DNA of 56,671 nucleotides. Origin: Anaerolineales bacterium (lineage in GTDB: Bacteria; Chloroflexota; Anaerolineae; Anaerolineales; E44-bin32). Position numbers and translations under genes: made by a program. The stretch lies in NCBI GenBank assembly GCA_036803025.1, contig DAIRVC010000002.1, positions 1 to 56,671 on the forward strand. Direction: 5' to 3'. Below, piece by piece: positions 25,385 to 35,830 of this stretch. Under the pieces are notes generated by a model. It was not told the DNA's origin. It made no database searches and was given only the letters and a program-made list of their open reading frames with translations. Within the stretch, counting starts at the first letter, position 1. The number at the start of each line of letters is the position of its first letter.

Positions 25385-26401
25385 TCAAGCCTCGTCACGG
25401 GCGATGCGCAGCACATCCGCCAACAGTCCGTAGGCGGTCGTCTCCGGTCCCGGTCCATGCTCGAAGATCGACAAGCCCGGAAGCACATCCGTAACGAAGT
25501 GAATGGCCGAGGAGGTGCCGTCCACTGAAGCCAGAGGGTCGGTCAGCGGAATCTGCTCGGGCGCAACGCGCGCCACCACCCCCGTCGCAGTGCGCTCGGC
25601 GCGGCAGATCAGCTTGTAGGGGCGGCCGGACTTGCGAGCGGCGCGTATCACCTCGCTGGAAAGCCCACGGATCCCGGTCCGGTCGACTCCGGCCGGTTCG
25701 AGGGGTGAGTCCATCAGGACCGTTGCCAGCGCACAGACCTTCACGGCCGCGTCCCAGCCGTCGATGTCGGCGCTTGGATCGGTCTCGGCGATCCCGATCG
25801 CCTGGGCTTTCCGGACGGCCTCGTCGAAGCTCCGGCCGGCTTCGATCTCGGTCAGGACGAAGTTGGTGGTCGAGTTGAGGATGCCGCGGAAGCGCAGCAG
25901 CCGAGCTGCAGGCAGGGCCTCCCGGAAGAGCGAGAAGATCGGGGTTCCATCCATGACCGTCGACTCGAACAGGAAGCGCCGTCCGGCCCGCGCGGCCAGA
26001 TCGCGCAGCTCACGATAGCCGTAGACAACGGGTCCTTTGTTAGCTGTGACCACATGCAGCCCTTGCCTGAGCGCCTGACGGACGAAATCGAGCGCCGGTT
26101 GCCCGGACTGCGGATCGAGGGAGGTCATCTCCACGAGGATCCCCGCCCGGCAGGCCCCGAGCCAGTCGCCCAGGCAGGAAGGCGCCGAACCGTCCCCAGC
26201 CTGCGGGGCGGTCCCCACCGGGATATCCAGGTCGAGGCCGTCGGGATTGGCGATCCAGCCCAGCTTGCGGCTGGCGACGCCGGTCACCCGCAAGGCCAGC
26301 CCTGCCCCTTCGGCCAGATCGTCAGCCTTGCGACGCAGCAGCGCAGCCAGTGCCCGCCCGACGTTCCCATAACCGAGAAAGGCCAGTGCATAGGAGCGCA
26401 T
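25385..26401 (-). CDS. hom: Homoserine dehydrogenase (no ACT domain)
   Basis: NAD-binding motif FLGYGNVGRAL plus the catalytic domain (NSTTNFVLTE…DGWDAAVK). The ATG at 26401 has GGGAGG upstream. Confidence 0.9.
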   Translation of the reverse strand: MRSYALAFLGYGNVGRALAALLRRKADDLAEGAGLALRVTGVASRKLGWIANPDGLDLDIPVGTAPQAGDGSAPSCLGDWLGACRAGILVEMTSLDPQSGQPALDFVRQALRQGLHVVTANKGPVVYGYRELRDLAARAGRRFLFESTVMDGTPIFSLFREALPAARLLRFRGILNSTTNFVLTEIEAGRSFDEAVRKAQAIGIAETDPSADIDGWDAAVKVCALATVLMDSPLEPAGVDRTGIRGLSSEVIRAARKSGRPYKLICRAERTATGVVARVAPEQIPLTDPLASVDGTSSAIHFVTDVLPGLSIFEHGPGPETTAYGLLADVLRIARDEA

Positions 26402-26432
26402 GGCTCGCCAACCTCCCAGGGTCACTGGATGG

Positions 26433-26461
26433 AGGCTACAAGAGGCGCGGGTCGCCGTCAA
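26433..26461 (-). promoter_or_regulatory. Promoter-like TTGACG-N17-TAGCCT for hom
   Basis: On the minus strand: -35 at 26461-26456 and -10 at 26438-26433. Confidence 0.4.
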
Positions 26462-26517
26462 GCCCCGCCAGGAGTGCCCCCCTGATTGTCGTTTTCGGCA
26501 GACCGATGGCAGACTCG

Positions 26518-26546
26518 TTGCCGTTCCGAACAAGGTGTGCTAGATT
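26518..26546 (+). promoter_or_regulatory. Promoter TTGCCG-N17-TAGATT with an extended TG, upstream of the Lrp gene
   Basis: TTGCCG 26518-26523, TGcTAGATT 26538-26546, then AGGAG and ATG at 26577. Confidence 0.5.
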
Positions 26547-26576
26547 CTGGTTGCCCCCGCACGTAGGAGCGAATCC

Positions 26577-27086
26577 ATGCCCCTGATCGAGTCGATCGAC
26601 CGGCAGATCGTCGACCTCCTGATGGAAGACGGACGCATGCCCTGCGCGCAGATCGCCCGCCGCATCGGTTTTGTGTCCGAGCGGACGGTCCGATACCGCC
26701 TGGACCGGCTGCGTCAGCGCGGGATCATGCGCGTGGTCGCCATCCCCGATCCCAAGGCCCTCGGCTTCAACGTGGTCGCCGATGTCTTCCTCCAAGTCGA
26801 GCCGACCGAGATCAATGCGGTCGCACACCGCATGACCGAATTCGAGTGCGTGAGCTACGTCAGCTGCTCGATGGGCGAGCGCGACGTCAGCATTCAAGTC
26901 GTCGGGCGGGACAACAACGAAGTGTATTCCTTCGTCACCGACACGGTGGCCAAGGTCCCCGGGGTGCGCAAGACCACGACGCTGATCGTCCCCGTCGTGC
27001 TGAAAGATGTCTACCAGTGGCGCATCCCGGCCGGCATTTGCCGGGAAGGCCCGCCCGCCGTCGGCCCCGGAGCGGGGCAGGCCTAG
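26577..27086 (+). CDS. Lrp/AsnC-family transcriptional regulator
   Basis: N-terminal HTH (IDRQIVDLLMEDGRMPCAQIARRIGFVSERTVRYRLDRL) plus a RAM/ASNC effector domain. Confidence 0.9.
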   Translation: MPLIESIDRQIVDLLMEDGRMPCAQIARRIGFVSERTVRYRLDRLRQRGIMRVVAIPDPKALGFNVVADVFLQVEPTEINAVAHRMTEFECVSYVSCSMGERDVSIQVVGRDNNEVYSFVTDTVAKVPGVRKTTTLIVPVVLKDVYQWRIPAGICREGPPAVGPGAGQA

Positions 27087-27227
27087 AGGCCGCCGACTCG
27101 AATAGATACTGTTGCACGCCCGACCCCCGGAGAGGATGCACCCCGTAGGAGGTGGGCCCGGACCGCCTGACCCCGAGAAGAAGGCGCAGCCGCTGACGAC
27201 CCTACGACCTGAGTGAGGAGGATCCAC

Positions 27228-28817
27228 ATGGCAATTGAGGACGCAGGATTGATTATCGGCGGGATCGTCGTGATCCTGATCGTCCGCCTGATCATCGGCT
27301 ACTGGGCCTCAACGAAAGTGCAGACGACCGTCGACTACGTCGTCGCCGGCCGCCGGCTGCCCTGGTGGATGGCCGCGCCGTCGATCATGGCCACCTGGTT
27401 CGCAGCCGAGACGTTGATGGGCTCAAGTTCGGAGGCTTACCAGTACGGTTTCGCCGGCGTGGTCTTCGATCCGTTCGGCGCCACGCTCTGCCTGATCATC
27501 GCCGGCCTGTTGATTGTGAAGATCTCACGCCGCGCCCAGTATCTGACCATCATGGACTTCTTCGAACGGCGCTTCGGGAAGACCATGTCCGTCATCGGCA
27601 CGATCACCCAGATCATCACCTACTTCGGCTGGACGGCGGCGCAAATCGTCGCCGGCGGGGCCATCCTGCAGGCGCTGCTGGGTTGGCCGATCCAGGCCGG
27701 GATGATCCTGGTCGCCACCGTGGTCACGCTGTACACGATCGCCGGGGGCCTGTGGGCCGATACGGCTCTGGACTTCATGCAAATGTTCCTCACCTGCGCC
27801 GGGTTGGTGATGATCATGGCGGGCATCATCGCCAGCGTCGGTGGTTTGAATGAGATGCTCAGCCTGGCCGGCGCGCAGGAAGTGACCCATTCTCACCCGT
27901 TCGCCATCTGGCCGACCTCGGAGGACGGCTACTACGGTTACTTCGGCATCAACGGCTGGTTCTACTACATCGCCGCCTGGCTGTCGCTCGGCCTGGGCGC
28001 CATCCCGGCCCAGGACTACCTGCAGCGCACCAATGCCGCCAAGGACGAATCGACGGCGGTCAAGTCGACCTTCATCGCCGCGGCGCTGTACATCTCCTTC
28101 GGTGTCCTATCTCCCCTCATTGGTGTGGTCGCATACGGCGCCCTCGGCCCGGCGCTCGAAGGAGCCGAGACCGAGTTCGTCTTGATCTCTATGGCGCATA
28201 AGTTCCTGCCGCCGATTCTGGTGGCGGTCTTTGTGGCGGTCCTGGCCTCGGCCCTGATGAGCACTTCGGACAGTTCGATGCTGGCCGGGGCGACCATGTT
28301 CACCGAGAACCTGGTCAAGCCCTTCAAGCCGGACATCTCCGACAAGGACCAGCTGAAGCTGACGCGCCTCGCCCTGCTGGTCAGCGGAGTGCTCAGTCTG
28401 GGGATCGCCATGTTCGCCTCGACCGTGTATGAACTGGCGGTCCTGGCCAACACGTCGATCCTGGTCGGTATGGCCGCGCCCTACGTTATCGGTATGTACT
28501 GGAAGAAGGCCAACCACACGGGCGCGCTGGCCTCCTTCTTGACCGGTGTGATTTCATGGGTCGTGCTCGGCGTTTACTACTACCGGACATTCGTCCTGCC
28601 GGTCGGTTACGACGGCGATGTTGGCGATGCGATCTGGGACGCCTTCTTCGACTCGACCATGGTCTCGGCCACTCCGGCTTTCATCCTGTCGGTGGTGGTC
28701 CTGATCGTGGTGTCCTTGCTGACGCAGAAGCAGGACCCGCCCAAGATCCTGACCGACATCAACGGCCAACCGGTGGACATGTCCAACCCGATTGGGAATC
28801 CGTTCGCAAAGAGCTAG
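27228..28817 (+). CDS. Sodium:solute symporter (SSS) family transporter
   Basis: Polytopic protein with SSS-like sequence throughout. The ATG at 27228 is preceded by GAGGAGG; the track start at 27213 lies within that RBS. Confidence 0.9.
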   Translation: MAIEDAGLIIGGIVVILIVRLIIGYWASTKVQTTVDYVVAGRRLPWWMAAPSIMATWFAAETLMGSSSEAYQYGFAGVVFDPFGATLCLIIAGLLIVKISRRAQYLTIMDFFERRFGKTMSVIGTITQIITYFGWTAAQIVAGGAILQALLGWPIQAGMILVATVVTLYTIAGGLWADTALDFMQMFLTCAGLVMIMAGIIASVGGLNEMLSLAGAQEVTHSHPFAIWPTSEDGYYGYFGINGWFYYIAAWLSLGLGAIPAQDYLQRTNAAKDESTAVKSTFIAAALYISFGVLSPLIGVVAYGALGPALEGAETEFVLISMAHKFLPPILVAVFVAVLASALMSTSDSSMLAGATMFTENLVKPFKPDISDKDQLKLTRLALLVSGVLSLGIAMFASTVYELAVLANTSILVGMAAPYVIGMYWKKANHTGALASFLTGVISWVVLGVYYYRTFVLPVGYDGDVGDAIWDAFFDSTMVSATPAFILSVVVLIVVSLLTQKQDPPKILTDINGQPVDMSNPIGNPFAKS

Positions 28818-28974
28818 CCGGCAAGGTCCTGGAAGACAACCTGCCGGGATTGCGACCCGACAAGCGGCTGGTCCGGCTGGGAGGCTCCCGCAGGCTTCCC
28901 CGCCGGCGAATTCGGCCGCCCGACCTGCCAATCCCAGCCGGTTGGCCGACCGCTGAGTCGGCAAGGAGTTACCG

Positions 28975-30183
28975 ATGAAGGTCTTGCTCGTCGGCACGGG
29001 CGGCGTCGGCGAATCCATCGCCGTCCTCGCCCAGGATCTGCCCTGGATCCAGAAGATGGTGTTGACCGACATCAACCCCAAGCGCCTGCGGGAAGTGAAA
29101 GCCAAGCTGCGCAACCCGGCCAAGTACCCGACCGCCCGCCTGGATGCCAGCAAGAAGACCGAGATCGTCGACCTGGCGGCCAAGTACAAGGTCGACCTGA
29201 TCATGAACGCCGTCGAACCGCTCTTCAATGAGAAGATCTTCGACGCCGCCTTCCAGTACGGCTGTGCCTATATGGACATGGCCATGACGCTCTCCTCCCC
29301 CCACCCCAAAGATCCATATCACCAATGCGGGGTGAAGCTGGGCGACTATCAATTCGAGCGGGCCGAGAAATGGCTGAAGAGGGGCCGTTTCGCTCTGCTG
29401 GGAATGGGCGTCGAGCCCGGCATGGCCGATGTCTTCGCCAAATACGCTGAGAAGCACCTGTTCGACGAGATTGACGAGATCAACATCCGCGACGGCGCCA
29501 ACCTGGAAGTGCGCGGTTATGAGTTCGCCCCCAACTTCTCCATCTGGACGACGATCGAGGAGTGCCTGAACCCTCCCATCATCTGGGAGAAGGAACGCGG
29601 CTGGTATACGACCGAACCGTTCTCCGAGCCGGAGACGTTCGAGTTCCCGGAGGGCATCGGCCGGCAGGGCTGCGTCAACGTTGAACACGAAGAAGTCCTG
29701 CTGGTGCCGCGCTGGGTGAAATGCATGCGTGTAACCTTCAAGTACGGCCTGGGCGACGAGTTCATCCGCATCTTGAAGACCATCAAGCTGCTGGGGATGG
29801 ACAACAAGGAGCCCATCAACGTCGGCGGCGTAAAGGTCGCCCCGCGCGACGTCGTGGCCGCCTGCCTGCCCGATCCGGCACATCTGGGCGACAAGATGTT
29901 TGGCAAGACCTGCGCCGGCACGTGGGTCAAGGGCAAGAAGGGCGGCCGGCCGCGCCAGGTGTACCTGTACCAGGTGGCCGACAATGAGACCTGCATGAAG
30001 AAGTACGGCGTGCAGGCCGTGGTCTGGCAGACCGCCGTCAATCCGGTCATCGCCATGGAGTTGATCGAGCGGGGGATCTGGAAGGGACCGGGCGTTTTCG
30101 GCCCGGAGGCATTCGACCCCGATCCGTTTATCGAGCGCATGGCCGGCTACGATTTCCCTTACAAGTTGAAGGAGATGTCCTGA
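28975..30183 (+). CDS. Saccharopine-dehydrogenase-fold NAD(P) oxidoreductase (relatives: lysine 6-DH, carboxynorspermidine DH, homospermidine synthase)
   Basis: Rossmann motif MKVLLVGTGGVGESIA and a C-terminal Sacchrp_dh-like domain. RBS AAGGAG. Confidence 0.88.
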   Translation: MKVLLVGTGGVGESIAVLAQDLPWIQKMVLTDINPKRLREVKAKLRNPAKYPTARLDASKKTEIVDLAAKYKVDLIMNAVEPLFNEKIFDAAFQYGCAYMDMAMTLSSPHPKDPYHQCGVKLGDYQFERAEKWLKRGRFALLGMGVEPGMADVFAKYAEKHLFDEIDEINIRDGANLEVRGYEFAPNFSIWTTIEECLNPPIIWEKERGWYTTEPFSEPETFEFPEGIGRQGCVNVEHEEVLLVPRWVKCMRVTFKYGLGDEFIRILKTIKLLGMDNKEPINVGGVKVAPRDVVAACLPDPAHLGDKMFGKTCAGTWVKGKKGGRPRQVYLYQVADNETCMKKYGVQAVVWQTAVNPVIAMELIERGIWKGPGVFGPEAFDPDPFIERMAGYDFPYKLKEMS

Positions 30184-30210
30184 GCGACGTCCGCCACACG
30201 GGAGTCACTG

Positions 30211-31569
30211 ATGCCACCATCCTTCGACGACGCGCAGCGCTATTGCGAGCGCTGGCTGGATATCATCCAGCGGCCGCAGCTCTCGGATGAAGAAGGCCGG
30301 GAGATCATCGAGGAGGCCAAGGCCAACTTCGGCGAGCACTTCAACCGGGGCTGGCTCGACTACCGCAAATCGGTGACCGAAGCCGGCGACTGGGCGGCGA
30401 CCGAATGGACCGGCCGGGGAGCCGTTTTCCAGGACGTCCTCGGACGCGAGTACATCGACTGCCTGGGCGCGTTCGGGATGATGTCCCACGGCTGGGCGCA
30501 TCCCGAGATCGTCGCCGCGGTTCAGGCGCAGCTGCGGCGGACGCCCATGCCGACGCAGGAGCTGATCGATCCGCTGCGCGGCGCCCTGGCGCGGCTGATG
30601 GCCCAGATCACGCCCGGCGACCTGCAGTACAGCTTCTTCTGCGCCAGCGGCACCGAGGCCGTCGAAGGCGCCATCAAGCTGGCCAAGATGTACACCGGCC
30701 GGCCGGGGTTCATCGCCGCCCTCAACGGTTTCCACGGCAAGACGATGGGCTCGCTGAGCATGATCGGAAAGTCCGATTACCGCGAGCCGGTCGGGCTGCT
30801 GTACGGCGGCCCGGTCTACCACGTGCCCTTCGGGGATGCTGAAGCCGTCGAACGGCAGCTGGAAGGCTGCCGCCACACCGGGGTCGGCATCGCCGGGGTG
30901 CTGATGGAGCCCATCCAGGGCGAGGCCGGCGCGATCGTGCCGCCGGATGACTTCTGGCCGCGGCTGCGTCTGGCGACCCGCCGTCACGGCGCGCTGCTCA
31001 TCGCCGACGAGGTCCAGACCGGCTTGGGCCGCACCGGCAGGATGTGGGGCGTCGACCACTGGGAGACGGTGCCGGACATCCTGGCGGTGGCCAAGTCGCT
31101 GGGCGGCGGCGTGATGCCCGTCAGCGCCTTCTGCTCGACGGCCGAAATCTGGCAGTGTATGATGGCTCCCAACCCGTTCATCCATACCACCACCACCGGT
31201 GGTGGACCGCTGGCCTGCAGCGCGGCGATCGCCTCGATCCACGTGACGCTGCGCGATCGGCTCTGGGAGCAGGCCGCCCAGAAGGGGGAGTACCTGATCC
31301 CCCGCCTGCAGAAGCTGGCCGAACGCTTCCCGCAGATCTACCGGCAGATTACCGGCCGCGGGCTGCTGATCGGCCAGCACTTCCACACGCCGGAGATCGG
31401 CTACCGGGTGGCGGCCGGTCTGTTCAAGCGCGGCGTGCTCGTTTCTGGGACGCTGACCAACGCGCACACCGTCCGCATCGAACCGCCGCTGGTCATCAGC
31501 TATGAGCAGCTCGACGCGGTCCTGAATCGACTGGAGGACACGCTGGTCGAGGTCGGCCGCGCGCTGTAA
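30211..31569 (+). CDS. Class-III PLP aminotransferase, putrescine/diamine aminotransferase-like
   Basis: Motifs DEVQTGLGRTG and AKSLGGG (PLP Lys). The N-terminal region resembles PatA/YgjG. Confidence 0.9.
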   Translation: MPPSFDDAQRYCERWLDIIQRPQLSDEEGREIIEEAKANFGEHFNRGWLDYRKSVTEAGDWAATEWTGRGAVFQDVLGREYIDCLGAFGMMSHGWAHPEIVAAVQAQLRRTPMPTQELIDPLRGALARLMAQITPGDLQYSFFCASGTEAVEGAIKLAKMYTGRPGFIAALNGFHGKTMGSLSMIGKSDYREPVGLLYGGPVYHVPFGDAEAVERQLEGCRHTGVGIAGVLMEPIQGEAGAIVPPDDFWPRLRLATRRHGALLIADEVQTGLGRTGRMWGVDHWETVPDILAVAKSLGGGVMPVSAFCSTAEIWQCMMAPNPFIHTTTTGGGPLACSAAIASIHVTLRDRLWEQAAQKGEYLIPRLQKLAERFPQIYRQITGRGLLIGQHFHTPEIGYRVAAGLFKRGVLVSGTLTNAHTVRIEPPLVISYEQLDAVLNRLEDTLVEVGRAL

Positions 31570-31598
31570 GCGCGCCTCTCGCCGCACAGGAGGACTCG

Positions 31599-32921
31599 GT
31601 GCCAGACAAGCCGCCCAGATCGCAGCGCAGCCCAGAGGAGATCGTCCGCCTCAACCGCAAGCACACCTTCTTCTCCTGGTCGGTCCAGAAGTCGGTCGAT
31701 CCGATCCCGGTGGCCGGCGGCCGGGGGGTCTACTACTGGGACGCCGATGACCGACGCTACCTGGACTTCTCCTCGCAGCTGATGAGCCTGAACATCGGCT
31801 ACCAGCACCCCAAGGTCGTGGCTGCGATCCAGGAGCAGGCCGCCCGCCTGTGCGCCGCGCACCCGGCCGCGGCCCACGAACCGAAGGGCGTCCTGGCCGA
31901 GCGTATTGCCGAGGTCACCCCCGGGGACCTGAACAAGGTCTTCTTCACCCTGGGCGGCGCCGACGCGAACGAGAACGCCGTCAAGTTCGCCCGGCAGTAC
32001 ACCGGCCGGCACAAGATCCTGGCTCGCTACGTTTCCTACCACGGCGCCACGTATGGGGCTGTCACCCTGAGCGGCGACTACCGCCGTCCGCCGGTCGAGC
32101 CCGGCATCCCCGGTGTGATCCACTGCTTCGACCCCTACTGCTACCGCTGCGTGTTCGGCCATACGCCGGACACGTGCCATCGCGAGTGCATCAGTCACAT
32201 CGAGCAGATGATCGAATACGAGAACCCCGACACGATCGCGGCCCTGATCATGGAGGGCGTGACCGGCTCGAACGGCATCCTCGTTCCCCCGGACGACTAC
32301 TGGCCGCGCCTGCGCGAGATCACGCGCAAGCACGGCATCCTGCTCATCTCCGACGAGGTCATGACCGGCTTCGGCCGCACCGGCGAGTGGTTCGCCGTCG
32401 ATCACTGGAAAGTCGTGCCCGACATCATGACCATCGCCAAAGGGCTGACCTCGGGCTACCTGCCGCTGGGGGCGGTAGTGGTCTCCGACGCCATCGCCCG
32501 GCACTTCGAGGACAAGATGCTCTACATGGGGCTGACCTACTACGGCCATCCCCTTTCGTGCGCGGCCGGCATCGCCACGCTGCAGGTGTACAAGGACGAA
32601 GATCTGATCGGCAACAGCCGGCGCCTGGGCGCCGTCCTGGCCGACGAGCTATCCCGCATGCAAGCCCGGCTGCCGCTGATCGGGGACGTACGCGCACTGG
32701 GACTGTTCTCGGCCGTCGAGCTGGTGCGTGATCGCGGCACGCGCCAGCCGCTCGAGGCCGCCAGCATGGCCCGCATCAAGGGCCGGCTGCTGGCCGAAGG
32801 TCTGACGACCTTCGTCAACAAGAACATGGTCTTCGCCTGCCCCCCGCTGGTCATCTCCCGCGAGGAACTGCTGACCGGGTTGGGGATCATCGAGCGGGCC
32901 ATTGCCGCCGAGGCTGGGTAG
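31599..32921 (+). CDS. Class-III PLP aminotransferase, omega-amino acid:pyruvate type
   Basis: GTG start with AGGAGG 6 nt upstream. Motifs DEVMTGFGRTG and AKGLTSGYLPLG. Confidence 0.9.
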   Translation: MPDKPPRSQRSPEEIVRLNRKHTFFSWSVQKSVDPIPVAGGRGVYYWDADDRRYLDFSSQLMSLNIGYQHPKVVAAIQEQAARLCAAHPAAAHEPKGVLAERIAEVTPGDLNKVFFTLGGADANENAVKFARQYTGRHKILARYVSYHGATYGAVTLSGDYRRPPVEPGIPGVIHCFDPYCYRCVFGHTPDTCHRECISHIEQMIEYENPDTIAALIMEGVTGSNGILVPPDDYWPRLREITRKHGILLISDEVMTGFGRTGEWFAVDHWKVVPDIMTIAKGLTSGYLPLGAVVVSDAIARHFEDKMLYMGLTYYGHPLSCAAGIATLQVYKDEDLIGNSRRLGAVLADELSRMQARLPLIGDVRALGLFSAVELVRDRGTRQPLEAASMARIKGRLLAEGLTTFVNKNMVFACPPLVISREELLTGLGIIERAIAAEAG

Positions 32922-33002
32922 AGCCTTCCTCCAACTTCCGAAGTGGCCGCGGCTTCGGAAGTCGGAGGGGATAGGGGACTTCAAACCGGAGAGCCTGTTC
33001 CC

Positions 33003-34325
33003 ATGAACCGAGATCCCGATCTGACCCGGACACGCGCCCTGTTCTCGCGCGCCCAGGCCGTGATGCCCTGGGGTGTGAGCTCGAACTTCCGCTACAGCGG
33101 CGAGGACACGCCCGTCATCTCGCGCGGCCAGGGGGCCCACGTATGGGACGCCGACGGGAACCGCTACATCGACTACCGCCTGGCCTTCGGGCCGATCATC
33201 CTGGGCCACGCCGACCCGCGCGTCAACCGGCGGGTGCACGAAGCCATCGACGGTGGGACGCTCTTCGCCCACACCCATGTTCAGGAGATCGAGCTGGCCG
33301 AGCGGATCGTGCGCATGTGCCCGGGCGTCGAGATGGTGCGCTTCGCCAACTCGGGCACAGAAGCGACGATGCACGCCCTGCGCATCGCCCGTGCCTATAC
33401 CGGCCGCGAAGCGGTCGTCAAGTTCGAAGGCGGCTACCACGGTTTCCACGACTACCTGCTCTGGTCGACGGCCTACACAGCCTACGGCTCCATTGGCTCG
33501 CGCCGCAGCCCGATCCCGGTCTGCAATTCCTCCGGCATCCCGGCCCGCCTGCGCGATCTGATCCTGGTCCTGCCCTTCAACGATTTTGAGATGCTCGATC
33601 AGACCGTCCGCGCGCGCTGGGGCGAGATCGCCGCCATCATCGTCGAGCCGATCGCCGCCAACATGACCAGCATCCTGCCGCGCCCCGGCTGGCTGGAGCT
33701 GATCCGGCGCCTGTGCGACGAGCACGGGATCGTCATGATCATGGACGAGGTCAAGACCGGCTTCCGCATCGCGCGCGGCGGCGCGGCCGAGTACTTCGGC
33801 GTCAAGGGCGACCTGATGACCTACGCCAAATCACTGGCCAACGGCTACCCGCTGGCGGCCATCGGCGGCTCGCGCCGCGTCATGAGCGTCATCGAGCCCG
33901 GGCGAATGGCCCACGGCGGAACCTACTGCGCCAACGGCCCGGGCGTTGCTGCCGGCCTGGCAACGCTGGAGGTCCTCGAGACCACGGATGCACTCGAAAC
34001 GGTTTCAGCCCGCGGGCGGCGCCTGATGCAGGGCATCGACGACGTCCTCACGGAGGCCGGATTCGAACACGCCATGACCGGCGTCCCGTCGATGTTCTCG
34101 TTCGTGCTCGGCCTGGCCAGCGCCCCGGGCGAGTATCGCGACCTGATCCCGATGGATGTCCGCCTGTATGAGCACCTCCAGGAAGCCATGCGCCGGCGGG
34201 GCGTGGCTTACGAACACGACGCCAAGGAGCCGCTCTTCCTGTGCGAGGCGCATTCCGAAGCCGATATCGACGAGACCCTCACGGCGCTGGCCGAATCGGT
34301 CAAGGAGGCCAAGAGGCAGGCATGA
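33003..34325 (+). CDS. Class-III PLP enzyme, glutamate-1-semialdehyde 2,1-aminomutase-like
   Basis: Motifs [28 protein letters not shown] and [13 protein letters not shown] at 33003. Confidence 0.9.
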   Translation: MNRDPDLTRTRALFSRAQAVMPWGVSSNFRYSGEDTPVISRGQGAHVWDADGNRYIDYRLAFGPIILGHADPRVNRRVHEAIDGGTLFAHTHVQEIELAERIVRMCPGVEMVRFANSGTEATMHALRIARAYTGREAVVKFEGGYHGFHDYLLWSTAYTAYGSIGSRRSPIPVCNSSGIPARLRDLILVLPFNDFEMLDQTVRARWGEIAAIIVEPIAANMTSILPRPGWLELIRRLCDEHGIVMIMDEVKTGFRIARGGAAEYFGVKGDLMTYAKSLANGYPLAAIGGSRRVMSVIEPGRMAHGGTYCANGPGVAAGLATLEVLETTDALETVSARGRRLMQGIDDVLTEAGFEHAMTGVPSMFSFVLGLASAPGEYRDLIPMDVRLYEHLQEAMRRRGVAYEHDAKEPLFLCEAHSEADIDETLTALAESVKEAKRQA

Positions 34326-35800
34326 GCCCGACAGCGGAGGTCCTCAACTACATCAACGGGGAATGGCGCCCGCCGTCGGCCGCCGAGTGCCTGGACGTCC
34401 TCAACCCGGCGACGGCCGAGGTTCTCGGGCATGTGCCGCTCGGGGCGACGGCCGAGGTGGCCCAGGCGGCCGCGGCGGCTGCCCAGGCCTTCCCTGATTG
34501 GCGCCGCACGCCGGCCGTCGAGCGCGTGCAGTACCTCTTCCGCCTGAAGCAGCTGCTCGAGGCGTCGTTCGAGGACCTCTCCCGCAGCATCACGCTCGAG
34601 TGCGGCAAGACGTTGGATGAGTCGCGGGCCGAGATGCGACGGGCGATCGAGAACGTCGAGATCGCCTGCGGAATCCCGCAGCTGATGCAGGGCTACAACT
34701 CGGAGGATATCGCTTCGGGCATCGACGAGACGATGATCCGCCAGCCGGTCGGCGTCAGCGCCATCATCTGCCCGTTCAACTTCCCGGGCATGATCCCCTT
34801 CTGGTTCATGCCCTACGCGCTGGCTTGCGGCAACCCGGTCATCGTCAAGCCGTCGGAAAGGGTGCCGCTGACGATGCAGGCGGTCTTCCGGCAGTTGGAG
34901 CAGTGCCGCTTCCCGCCGGGCGTCGTCAACCTGGTCAACGGCGCCCGCCAGGCGGTCGACGCTCTTCTCGATCACCCAGCGGTGCGGGCGGTCAGCTTCG
35001 TCGGATCGACCCCGGTCGCCCGGCACGTCTACGCCCGCGCCGCAGCGAGCGGCAAGCGCGCCCAATGCCAGGGCGGGGCCAAGAACGCGGTCGTGGTCAT
35101 GCCCGACGCCGAGATGGACATGGCCACCCGGATCATTGCCGACAGCGCCTTCGGCTGCGCCGGGCAGCGCTGCCTGGCTGTCTCGCTGGTGATCACGGTG
35201 GCCGATGCCCGGCCGATCTTCAACGAGTTGATCTGTGACGCGGCCGCCACCCGCGTGGTTGGCAGCGGACTGGAGGCCGGGGTCCAGATGGGGCCGCTGA
35301 TCAGCGCCGCCAGCAAGGCCCGCACCGAGTCGTTGATCGGCCGCGGCCTGGAAGAAGGCGCCCAATTGGCGGTCGACGGCCGCGCGGCGCGCATCTCCGG
35401 CTACGAGAACGGCTTCTTCGTCCGGCCGACGGTCCTGCTCGACCTGCCGCCGCAGGGCGAGGTCGCTCAGACCGAGATCTTTGGTCCCGTGCTTGGCATG
35501 ATCCACGTCGATACGCTCGACGAGGCGCTGGCCTTGATCAACGCTGCCCAGGTCGGCAATCAAGCCAGCCTCTTCACCGCCAGCGGGACGGCAGCGCGCC
35601 GCTTCCGCTACGAAGCCCAGGCCGGCAACATCGGCATCAATATCGGCGTGGCGGCGCCAATGGCCTTCTTCCCCTTCAGCGGCTGGAAGGAGAGCTTCTT
35701 CGGCGACCTGCACGGCCAGGGCCTGGATGCGGTCGAGTTCTTCACGCAGAAGAAAGTCGTCATCGAGCGTTGGCCGAAGGAGTGGGCGCGCAAGTTCTGA
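34322..35800 (+). CDS. mmsA: CoA-acylating (methyl)malonate-semialdehyde dehydrogenase
   Basis: The ATG overlaps the preceding stop (ATGA). Catalytic motif [10 protein letters not shown]. The C-terminal …[16 protein letters not shown]… is typical of MMSDH. Confidence 0.92.
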   Translation: MSPTAEVLNYINGEWRPPSAAECLDVLNPATAEVLGHVPLGATAEVAQAAAAAAQAFPDWRRTPAVERVQYLFRLKQLLEASFEDLSRSITLECGKTLDESRAEMRRAIENVEIACGIPQLMQGYNSEDIASGIDETMIRQPVGVSAIICPFNFPGMIPFWFMPYALACGNPVIVKPSERVPLTMQAVFRQLEQCRFPPGVVNLVNGARQAVDALLDHPAVRAVSFVGSTPVARHVYARAAASGKRAQCQGGAKNAVVVMPDAEMDMATRIIADSAFGCAGQRCLAVSLVITVADARPIFNELICDAAATRVVGSGLEAGVQMGPLISAASKARTESLIGRGLEEGAQLAVDGRAARISGYENGFFVRPTVLLDLPPQGEVAQTEIFGPVLGMIHVDTLDEALALINAAQVGNQASLFTASGTAARRFRYEAQAGNIGINIGVAAPMAFFPFSGWKESFFGDLHGQGLDAVEFFTQKKVVIERWPKEWARKF

Positions 35801-35830
35801 CCGCCGGGCCAGCGGCGGGCGGGGAAAGGA

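Noticed and set aside
27087-27227. Possible glycine or other riboswitch upstream of the SSS transporter (contains CGGAGAG…CACCCCGUAGGAGGUGGG)
   Set aside because: It lacks the ACCGAAGGGGCAA and CUCAGGCAAAAGGAC-type cores, and I could see no convincing terminator/antiterminator pair.
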